The position numbers were made by a program, and so were the translations under genes. Shown here one piece after another: positions 1-7,792 of a stretch of DNA of 37,074 nucleotides. Within the stretch, counting starts at the first letter, position 1; each line of letters begins with the position of its first letter. The notes under the pieces are model-generated. The model was not told where the DNA came from and searched no databases. It saw nothing but the letters and a program-made list of their open reading frames with translations. This DNA is from Gemmatimonadales bacterium (GTDB lineage: Bacteria; Gemmatimonadota; Gemmatimonadetes; Gemmatimonadales; GWC2-71-9). Location of the stretch: the NCBI GenBank assembly GCA_038321865.1, contig JBBQFH010000031.1:1-37074 (forward strand), in the 5' to 3' direction.

Positions 1-156
1 AGGATAGGTTCCCCGGCGCTGCATGAGGTCGGCGCGGTTGAGCGCGGCGGCGTGAACGCGGACGCGTACCTGACGTGGGCCGATCGCCGGTGTCGGCACA
101 CGGCCAAGGCCGATCACCTCGGGACCGCCCGCAGCGGCGAATATCACGGCGCGCAT
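1..156 (-). CDS. NAD(P)H-quinone oxidoreductase, MDR/PIG3 family (5' part; runs off the window)
   Basis: Manual translation MRAVIFAAAGGPEVIGLGRVPTPAIGPRQVRVRVHAAALNRADLMQRRGTYP matches the GGPEV...V.AA.LNRAD..QR.G.YP N-terminus of this family. SD GAGGAG upstream. Not in the ORF track. Confidence 0.85.
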   Translation of the reverse strand, partial: MRAVIFAAAGGPEVIGLGRVPTPAIGPRQVRVRVHAAALNRADLMQRRGTYP

Positions 157-232
157 GCTCATGTCTCCTCTCCAGTCTTGCCGGAAGTATACCGGGTGGC
201 ATACTTCACGGAATTCTCTCTCCAGGTGCTCC

Positions 233-1411
233 ATGGCGATCCTGAGCTCGGTCACGACGGTGGGATGTACGGCGCTGCTGCTGGCGGTACGGGCCTGCGG
301 CTCGGGCGAGACCGCGGGCGGACCGGCGGCGGTGCTACCGCCCGCGACCGAGAGTGTGGGGCTTCGTGAGGTGGCCAGCGGCCTCGGCAGCCCGCTCTAT
401 CTCACGGCACCCCCGGGCGATCCGCGCCTGTTCATCGTCGAGCAGGCCGGCCGCATCCGCATCGTGAAGAACGGCCTGCTCCTGCCGACACCATTTCTCG
501 ACATCTCCGACGCAATTGCCAGCGGCGGCGAGCGGGGTCTCCTGGGGCTGGCCTTCGATCCGCACTACGCGATGACGGGCCGCTTCTACGTCGACTACAC
601 CGATCCGAACGGCGATACCCACGTCGCGCGGTTCGTGGTGGGCCGGAACCCCGACGTGGCTGATCGTGCGAGCGAACAGGTGCTCCTCACGGTGGACCAG
701 CCCTACGCCAATCACAACGGCGGCGAGGTCACCTTCGGCCCCGACGGGTACCTCTATGTCGGCATGGGAGACGGCGGTTCCGGTGGCGATCCACAGGGGC
801 ACGGCCAGAACGCGAACGATCTGCTCGGTTCGCTGCTGCGGCTGGACGTGAGCGGCGCCGCCTACACCATCCCGCCGACCAATCCGTTTGTCGGACGGAG
901 CGGCGCACGGGGCGAGCTCTGGAACATCGGTATGCGGAATCCGTGGCGATTCAGCTTCGACCGAAGCACGGGCGATCTGTACATCGCCGACGTCGGGCAG
1001 AACGTGCGGGAGGAGGTCAACGTCTCGACAGCCGCCAGCGGCGGCGGACGGGGACTCAACTACGGATGGAACCGGATGGAGGGCACCGCCTGTTACGACG
1101 CGTCCACCTGCGACCAGCAGGGACTGACACTCCCGGTGACCGACTACACCCATGCTGATGGCTGCTCGATCACCGGGGGCTACGTCTATCGCGGTGCCGC
1201 GATGCCCGCGCTCCGCGGATTCTACTTCTACTCCGACTACTGCAATGGCTGGGTCCGAAGCTTCCGCTACGCCGGTGGCGCCGCCACCGCCGCACGCGAG
1301 TGGCCGATGCTCAAGGCGGGCGGGCAGGTGACGAGCTTCGGTGAAGATGCGAGCGGCGAGCTGTACATTGTGCTGGGCGACGGCAGGGTTTTCGAGATCG
1401 TGCCGAAATAG
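233..1411 (+). CDS. PQQ-dependent glucose/sorbosone dehydrogenase (GSDH, YliI-like), secreted
   Basis: GERGLLGLAFDP, NHNGG..FGPDGYLYVGMGDGG, GMRNPWRFSFD, ADVGQ, SFGED motifs. Signal-like N-terminus from ATG 233 (track start 155). Confidence 0.88.
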   Translation: MAILSSVTTVGCTALLLAVRACGSGETAGGPAAVLPPATESVGLREVASGLGSPLYLTAPPGDPRLFIVEQAGRIRIVKNGLLLPTPFLDISDAIASGGERGLLGLAFDPHYAMTGRFYVDYTDPNGDTHVARFVVGRNPDVADRASEQVLLTVDQPYANHNGGEVTFGPDGYLYVGMGDGGSGGDPQGHGQNANDLLGSLLRLDVSGAAYTIPPTNPFVGRSGARGELWNIGMRNPWRFSFDRSTGDLYIADVGQNVREEVNVSTAASGGGRGLNYGWNRMEGTACYDASTCDQQGLTLPVTDYTHADGCSITGGYVYRGAAMPALRGFYFYSDYCNGWVRSFRYAGGAATAAREWPMLKAGGQVTSFGEDASGELYIVLGDGRVFEIVPK

Positions 1412-1421
1412 GCATCGTCGT

Positions 1422-2411
1422 TCATCGAAGACCGTCCTCCTGATCGGCGTCGCCCGGCAACCACACATCGAAGCCCCACAACCGCTCCTCGTCCGGCTCG
1501 AGCAGCTGCGCGGTTCGCCACTCGTACACCGCCTGATCCAGGCGATCGGGCGCCCCGATGCAGGGCTCGAGCGCCAGATTGTAATACGGCGTCAGCCCCG
1601 CGGGCGCCCACCCGCCACAGTTGATCCACACCCCGATCTGAGGGACCAGAACAGGGTCCATCCGGAACTCGAGCCGCTCGCCTCGGCGCGGATCGGTCAC
1701 GATCGCTCGGCCGGTGGGCCCGATGTCGGCGAAGAGCTTCATCGCCCACGGGGCGCCGGCGGCGTCGCCGAAAACGAGCCCGTCCTGGGCGCCGGTAATC
1801 TCGCGCGGCCAGTCGAGCGTGTCGCCGTGCCGGACGTCGGGCCGCCCGTGCGCCGCGTCCACCCGCACGCGCCGCACTCCCGGCAGCTCCAGCACCGAGC
1901 CCGGCTGAATATTGAGTAGCGGATGTGACGACCAGATCCAGGGGAACGACTCGCCGCCGAGATGGCGAAGCCGGTAGCGCACGCGAAGTACCGGCTCGGT
2001 CGCGTCCAGCGAGAGCTGCCGCTGGAATTCGTAGGGATAGCGCGAACCAAGGACCGTCCCGGTGAGCGTTGTTCCGCCGGCGGTGTCGGCGACGGCGCTG
2101 TCCCAGGGTGCGCTCCAGAGCTCGCCATGGTCGGGCAGCAACGGCGCGTCGGGGGCGCCGGGCGCGGCGCACGGGGCCACCGTCGGGAAGCACTCGTCCC
2201 ATCCGCCGCTGTCGGCGGTTTCCACGTAGGACGCACCTGGAACGGCCACCGACAGCGGCAGCTGGTCGTTGCGCCACAGCCATTCGCGGCCGCGGAGGCG
2301 CCGCAGATTGGTGAGCTTCATGCCCAGGCCGGGCACGACGACGGCCTCGAGCTCGGCGGACCGGAGCGCGATGGCGGGAAAACCGGACACCTGCACCTGG
2401 CGGAACGACAT
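1422..2411 (-). CDS. Galactose mutarotase/aldose-1-epimerase-like protein
   Basis: GGWDECFPTV...DHGELWS..W, W..HP and C-terminal ALEP motifs. Start overlaps the ispH stop by 1 nt. Confidence 0.7.
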   Translation of the reverse strand: MSFRQVQVSGFPAIALRSAELEAVVVPGLGMKLTNLRRLRGREWLWRNDQLPLSVAVPGASYVETADSGGWDECFPTVAPCAAPGAPDAPLLPDHGELWSAPWDSAVADTAGGTTLTGTVLGSRYPYEFQRQLSLDATEPVLRVRYRLRHLGGESFPWIWSSHPLLNIQPGSVLELPGVRRVRVDAAHGRPDVRHGDTLDWPREITGAQDGLVFGDAAGAPWAMKLFADIGPTGRAIVTDPRRGERLEFRMDPVLVPQIGVWINCGGWAPAGLTPYYNLALEPCIGAPDRLDQAVYEWRTAQLLEPDEERLWGFDVWLPGDADQEDGLR

Positions 2412-3625
2412 CAGCCCGCGACGAGCGCCTCGAGCTGCGGCAGAATCCCCGCCGTCGCACAGACGCGGGCGATCGTTTCACCGATCTTGTTGTTCGGCGT
2501 CGAGGCGCCGGCGGTGATGCCGATGGTGCGTGAGGCTCCGAGCCAGCCGGCATCCGTGGCCTCCTCGCTCCCCCTCGCCGGCTGGTGCCGGATCGTCCCG
2601 GCCACGGGGTCGATGCCCTCCGCATCCTCGATGTGGAAGGTGCGAATCCCCTTCGAGCGGCAGAGCTCGGCCAGATGATAGGTGTTGCTCGAGTTGTAAC
2701 CGCCCACCACCAGCATCAGGTCGAGTGGCTCCGACAGCAGCTGCTCGACTGCATCCTGCCGTTCCTGCGTCGCGGAGCAGATCGTGTCGAAGCTCCTGAA
2801 GTGCTCGGTGATCGCCGCTTCGCCATGCCGGCGCGCCATGCTCCGGCGAAACTCGCCGGCGATCGCCAGCGATTCGCCCGAGAGCATCGTCGTCTGATTG
2901 GCGATACCCACCCGGGCCAGGTCGCGCGCGAAATCGAACCCGGGGGAGATCGCCCGCGCGAATTTCGCCTCCAGGGCCGCGGTGTCGCCGCCCTGCTCGA
3001 TGTAGTCGAGCACCAGGCGGGCCTCGGCCATGTCGAGCACCACCAGGTAGCGGCCGGCCGGATGCCGGGTCACCTGACTGGCCGTCGCCTTGGTCTCCTC
3101 GTGCCAGTGCTTCCCGTGGATGACCGCGGTATACCCGTCGCGCGCGTAGGACTCGACCCGCTTCCAGACATTGAGCACCGAGCCGCAGGTGGTGTCCACC
3201 AGCAGGCAGCCGAGGGCGCGGAGCCGCTCGAAATCAGCGATCGTCACGCCAAACGCCGGCATGATGACGACGTCCTCCGGCGTCAGTGCCGAAAAATCGA
3301 ACTCGTGGTCGGGACGGTGGGCCAGGATCTGGATGCCCATCTCGCGGAGCTTCCGGTTGACATGGGGGTTGTGAATGATCTCGCCCACCAGGAACAGCCT
3401 ACGGTCGGGAAACTTCAGGCGGGTTTCGTAGGCATAATCCACGGCGCGATCGACGCCGTAGCAGAAGCCGAATTCACGGGCGAGCCGGAAGGTCAGCGAA
3501 CCCACGGCCAGCCGGTAATCGTTGGCCCGGAGCGCATCCACCACCCCGCTGTGATAGTCGGCGGTGAGCTGGCCTTCGATCGCCTGCTTGAGCCCGAATC
3601 CCTTCCGGAAGTACGTGCTTTCCAT
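2411..3625 (-). CDS. ispH: 4-hydroxy-3-methylbut-2-enyl diphosphate reductase (long form)
   Basis: FGFCYGVDRA, IIHN, DTTC, HEET, NQTTM, DTICSATQERQ, GGYNSSNT, GITAGASTP; three Fe-S cysteines. Confidence 0.96.
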   Translation of the reverse strand: MESTYFRKGFGLKQAIEGQLTADYHSGVVDALRANDYRLAVGSLTFRLAREFGFCYGVDRAVDYAYETRLKFPDRRLFLVGEIIHNPHVNRKLREMGIQILAHRPDHEFDFSALTPEDVVIMPAFGVTIADFERLRALGCLLVDTTCGSVLNVWKRVESYARDGYTAVIHGKHWHEETKATASQVTRHPAGRYLVVLDMAEARLVLDYIEQGGDTAALEAKFARAISPGFDFARDLARVGIANQTTMLSGESLAIAGEFRRSMARRHGEAAITEHFRSFDTICSATQERQDAVEQLLSEPLDLMLVVGGYNSSNTYHLAELCRSKGIRTFHIEDAEGIDPVAGTIRHQPARGSEEATDAGWLGASRTIGITAGASTPNNKIGETIARVCATAGILPQLEALVAG

Positions 3626-3628
3626 TCC

Positions 3629-4147
3629 CTAATCTACACCGGAATACCCGGCGCAGTCGGGGCCACCGCGGCTCAGCGGAACACCTGAAAAGCTTCCCTC
3701 CAGCGACACCTGCGCGGTCGTCGTGACCCCCTCGGCGTGGGTCGAGAAGCGGCCGGTGACCGCCCCCGCTGTCGGTTGCAGCGTGAGCCGGCCGCTCGTG
3801 CCCCGCAGATCGGACATGACGAGACGCCGGATCCAGCGCGCAGCCACCGCGGCGCCGGGACGGATCACACCGGCCGCGGGATCGGCGATCGGAAAGTTCC
3901 CCGCCATCAGCGAGTCGGCCGGATACGCGGCGATCGCGATGCCGGTATCGCCGCTCATGGCAAAGAGCAGGAGCGGGCCACTCCGGCCGCACCAGGCCGC
4001 CCGCGCGGGAAGCACGGCGCTCCCGGTATCGGCGCCGGACCACCGTGCGGTCATCGACGGTATGCGCGAGCAGCCGCCGACGCAGATCGCAAGCGCGGCC
4101 AGCACGGCGGCGGCTCGCAGCCGGCGTGGCGCGGCAGGGGGCCTCAT
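3629..4147 (-). CDS. Hypothetical protein, probable lipoprotein
   Basis: ATG 4147 forms an ATGA overlap with the upstream stop. Basic N-region, hydrophobic stretch and VGGC lipobox-like motif. Confidence 0.55.
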   Translation of the reverse strand: MRPPAAPRRLRAAAVLAALAICVGGCSRIPSMTARWSGADTGSAVLPARAAWCGRSGPLLLFAMSGDTGIAIAAYPADSLMAGNFPIADPAAGVIRPGAAVAARWIRRLVMSDLRGTSGRLTLQPTAGAVTGRFSTHAEGVTTTAQVSLEGSFSGVPLSRGGPDCAGYSGVD

Positions 4148-6357
4148 CGCACGGCCTGCATGACGATGTCGAAGCGCCATCGCGCTCCGGTATCCGGGCT
4201 GATCGAGTGGCTGAGGTCGAGGCGGAACAGCGTGCTCCGGAGCAGCGGACTGTAGATCGACACGCCGAGGCCGCCGCCCACGAGCGCCCTGCTCGCGAAC
4301 AGATCGCGTGCCTCAGCCGCCTGCCCCGCATCGATGAACAGAATCGGCCTGACGTTGCTGTGGAGGGGCGAGACATCGAGCTGTGCCGACCAGAATGCCG
4401 GTCCGCGCAAGGTACCGTATTCGAAGCCGCGGACCGTCTGCAGTCCGCCCAGCCGGAAAAGCAGCTGGGGCACGGGGCTCACGACGTAGCCGGCCTTGAC
4501 CCGCACGGTCGCGCCGCGGACGCCGCCGATTCCCCGTTGGACCTGGCCCATCACCCGGCCGGCCAGTTCATGCCCGCCGCCGAACCCCTCAACGCCGAGG
4601 CTCCAGCGCCACCGGCCGAAACGCTCGAGCCGGGCACCGACGTCCCCGTAATCGCCGTCTGCGATCGCCGGGTTCGACGGAAACGTACCGGTGCCGCCGA
4701 GGAAATCGTTCACGCCCGAGTGGGCACGCTGGATCACGCTGCGCTGGCGCTCGCCGCGGGCGGTCACGACCAGATCGAGCCCCCTGGTCAGGGAGGTCTG
4801 GAAAGTGAGCGCGGCGCCCGTTGCGAGATAGTAGTCGGCATAGTCGTGCGCCGTGAAGAGCGCGTTGACGGTGTTGAACAGCGTTCGTCCCGGAGAGAAC
4901 GGATCGACGTCGGCCAGGTCACGATAGGCACTCAGCACCAGGCGGCCGGCCGGCGCGTCACGCACCATGCTGAGCCGGCCCGTGACTCGCCGGTCGCTGA
5001 AGCCGTACCGCGCCGTCGCGTAGAGGTCAGTGAAGCCGGAAGCCCGCTGGCGAAAGCCCGCGCCCAGCGAGAAGCCCTGCACCCGATTGTACTGCAGCGC
5101 ATCGGAGAGGCTCTCATATCCGAAGGCCCGCGGCTTCCGGAGCGTGATATCGTCCGGCAGCTGTTCGACTAGCGCCGCCAGATCGGACTGCACGTTGCGC
5201 AGCCGGCTGTCGTCGGCCGCCGGCGTATCGAAGGTGAGCGAGTCGGTCCAGCCGGTGTAGCGCGCCAGCGAGTCGTTCGACGGGCGGTGCACTTCGTAGC
5301 GGCCTCCGGTCCACCGGCCCGCGCGTTCCCAGCTTCTGGCATCGGCGCTGTCGCCACATTCCCGCTGCCGCGCCGTCCGGACCGAATCGCGCTGCGCCCG
5401 CCGGAGCGCGCGTGCGGAGTCGGTGACCAGTGTGTCGGGCAGCAGCAGGGTGAACGCGATCGGATGCCCGGTGTTGATGGCATAATCATCGAAGGTCGTG
5501 AGCACCTGAAACGGCACCACCAGGTCCACGATCGGCACCCGCACCTGCCCGGCGATACTCTGGCGGAACGGCATCCAGAACCGGTTCTCCTGCAGTCCGT
5601 ACTCGAGGTCGGCATCGATGCTGACGATTCCGTTCGCCAGCCGGTTGAGGCGCCGGGCGCTGCTGGAATCGTTCCCATCCTCCCCCGGCCGGGCCCAGAG
5701 CTCGGTGCCGACGTAGCGGAAGGTGAAGCGGACCACCTCCGCGGTGGCGGCGTCGAGCCACAGCCGTCCCACCACCAGGGCCGGCGCCGGCCGCCTGGGC
5801 GTGAACTGCAGCGCGTACAGGCGGATGCGGCGTCCACCCGGGAGCTGGGCCATCAGGCTGTCGGTGAGATCGTAGTGATACCACGCGGGCGCCTGCGCCG
5901 AGAGCGGATGCAGGGCGCCGGTCGCGGGAAAGTCGTTGCTGAAGATGCGGACCGAATCCCCGACGGATCGGGGAACGAACCACGGATGATCGAAGACGCT
6001 CGAGGTGGGCGGCGCGCCGTTGCGGGTCTTCACCCGGCGGCCGATCACGTCCACCCGCAGATCGTTGGGCAGCTGCCAGGCAATCGTCGCTTCCTGCTCC
6101 TCGACCGTCCCGATGGGGAAGCGTCCCCAGCGCCGGCGGCCGACTGACGCGGTGAGGCGATACCGAATTCTGGCGTGGTAGTCCGCTACCGCCGAATCCT
6201 GCTGCTGATGGCGCGCGATGCCCCGCAGCACGAGCGCGCGGGCGGCGGGGCTGCCGTAGGTGAGGAGCGTGTCGGGTTGTTGGGGTGGGGACTGCGGCGG
6301 CGGCGGCGCGTCGAGCGCGTGCGCGATGACGAAAAGCCCTACGAGGATTGCGCCCAT
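4144..6357 (-). CDS. Secreted/outer-membrane protein with C-terminal beta-barrel (DUF5686/BamA-TamA-like)
   Basis: Signal peptide; YNRVQG motif; amphipathic beta-strands with LGGLQTVRGF and LFIDAG motifs typical of Omp85-type barrels. Confidence 0.65.
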   Translation of the reverse strand: MGAILVGLFVIAHALDAPPPPQSPPQQPDTLLTYGSPAARALVLRGIARHQQQDSAVADYHARIRYRLTASVGRRRWGRFPIGTVEEQEATIAWQLPNDLRVDVIGRRVKTRNGAPPTSSVFDHPWFVPRSVGDSVRIFSNDFPATGALHPLSAQAPAWYHYDLTDSLMAQLPGGRRIRLYALQFTPRRPAPALVVGRLWLDAATAEVVRFTFRYVGTELWARPGEDGNDSSSARRLNRLANGIVSIDADLEYGLQENRFWMPFRQSIAGQVRVPIVDLVVPFQVLTTFDDYAINTGHPIAFTLLLPDTLVTDSARALRRAQRDSVRTARQRECGDSADARSWERAGRWTGGRYEVHRPSNDSLARYTGWTDSLTFDTPAADDSRLRNVQSDLAALVEQLPDDITLRKPRAFGYESLSDALQYNRVQGFSLGAGFRQRASGFTDLYATARYGFSDRRVTGRLSMVRDAPAGRLVLSAYRDLADVDPFSPGRTLFNTVNALFTAHDYADYYLATGAALTFQTSLTRGLDLVVTARGERQRSVIQRAHSGVNDFLGGTGTFPSNPAIADGDYGDVGARLERFGRWRWSLGVEGFGGGHELAGRVMGQVQRGIGGVRGATVRVKAGYVVSPVPQLLFRLGGLQTVRGFEYGTLRGPAFWSAQLDVSPLHSNVRPILFIDAGQAAEARDLFASRALVGGGLGVSIYSPLLRSTLFRLDLSHSISPDTGARWRFDIVMQAVR

Positions 6358-6794
6358 TTACTCCGGCCGTCCCGGTGAAGCCCGTACGCCTTGAGGCGAC
6401 GCCAGAGTGTCGTGCGGCTGATCCCGAGCTCCTTGGCCGTCTCCGCCAGCTTCCAGCTGTTCTGGTCCAGGGTGCGAACGATAGCGTCTTTCTCCCGCGC
6501 CGCGAGGGTCGTCGCGCCGTCGATTCCGGGAATGAACATGGCCTCTCCCACTTCCAGGGCGCCGGCGCGCAGCGGACGGAGCCGTCCGCCCACCGCTGCC
6601 AGCCGAGGCATCAGGTCGCCGGAGCCTTCCGAGAGGTCCATATCGGTCAGCGCCGCGCGAGCTTGCTGGTTGGCATACAACACCTTGCCCTCGACGTCGA
6701 AGACCACGACGCCTTCACTGAACCCGTCGAGCAGGGCCTTGGCGAGTGGCGAGAATACGGAGGGCATGCTGTTGAGTGGGAGCGCGTCTGGCAT
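6339..6794 (-). CDS. PAS-fold plus Fis-type HTH (HTH_8) regulator, no AAA+ domain
   Basis: LLDGFSEGVVVFD.EG.VLYANQQA (PAS N-terminus) followed by EKDAIVRTL..N.W...ETAKELGISRTTLWRRLKAYGL. Start uncertain (6830, 6794 or about 6768). Confidence 0.8.
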   Translation of the reverse strand: MPDALPLNSMPSVFSPLAKALLDGFSEGVVVFDVEGKVLYANQQARAALTDMDLSEGSGDLMPRLAAVGGRLRPLRAGALEVGEAMFIPGIDGATTLAAREKDAIVRTLDQNSWKLAETAKELGISRTTLWRRLKAYGLHRDGRSKWAQSS

Positions 6795-6873
6795 GGCCGA
6801 ATATACGTCGAAAAAGGGTGAAAGTTTCACTTGGGGACGTCCGGCGCCGTTGGGCCGGGGCTCCCCGATTCAT

Positions 6874-7785
6874 CTAGGAGTCGTTCCGAACGGGCTTTTC
6901 GTGCACAGTCCGTCCTGCCCGCTCGCCGTGGAGCACCAGCGCCAGCCCGCCGAAGATCGTGAGGGCCGCCACGATCGTCCGGGGGGTCACCGCCTCGCCC
7001 TGCAGCACCAGCGGCGCCACCGCCAGGGCAAAGAGCGGCTGGAGGTAGATATAGACGGCCACCGTACTTGAAGACACCCTGCGCAGCGCCCAGAGGTTCA
7101 GCAGGTAGGCCAGCAGCGTCGGGAAGACGACGATGTACGCCACCCACAGCCAGGTCAGGGTATGAATCCGCCCGGGCTCGATCGAGAGCACCGACGGAAT
7201 GCCGAACGGCAGCGTGCCGACCGCACCGAACAGCATCGCATACGTCGTGACGGTCAGCGGCCGGTACAGCGCGATGATGCGCTTCGACAGGACGAAGTAC
7301 GCCGAGTAGCACGCCATGCCCACGACGATCATGGCATTGCCCAGCGCCACGTCGGGCCTGACCGAGATCCGGTCGGGTCCGATCAGGTAGACCACGCCCG
7401 CCGCCGCCAGCGCGACCCCGCCGAGCTTCAGCGCGCTGAGCGGCTCGCGTCCGCCGATCGCCGACCAGATGACGGTGAAGACCGGTACGGTCGTGGTCAG
7501 GATGGTCGCATTGATCGCGGTCGTGTGGCGGAGGGCGAAAACGTAGAGCCCCTGGTTGATCGCGACCCCGAGCATGCCGAGGAGGGCGAGGAAGAGGAGG
7601 TGGCGGCGGTTCCGGATGGCCCGGCCGCCGGCAAGCGCGTGGATCACGAGCAGGGCCGCCGCCGCGCCGACGACCCGGAACAGCACGAGGGCACCGGCGG
7701 GAAATTCGCGCAGGACGTAGCGGCCCGCGATGGCGAGGCTCGCGAAAAACACCTGGACCAGGATCAGCGCGACGTGGACCAGCAC
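6874..7785 (-). CDS. DMT/EamA family transporter
   Basis: About 10 hydrophobic helices in two repeats; ALRHTTAINATILTTTVPVFT and YLQPLFA motifs. Confidence 0.9.
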   Translation of the reverse strand: MLVHVALILVQVFFASLAIAGRYVLREFPAGALVLFRVVGAAAALLVIHALAGGRAIRNRRHLLFLALLGMLGVAINQGLYVFALRHTTAINATILTTTVPVFTVIWSAIGGREPLSALKLGGVALAAAGVVYLIGPDRISVRPDVALGNAMIVVGMACYSAYFVLSKRIIALYRPLTVTTYAMLFGAVGTLPFGIPSVLSIEPGRIHTLTWLWVAYIVVFPTLLAYLLNLWALRRVSSSTVAVYIYLQPLFALAVAPLVLQGEAVTPRTIVAALTIFGGLALVLHGERAGRTVHEKPVRNDS

Positions 7786-7792
7786 GCCGCGT

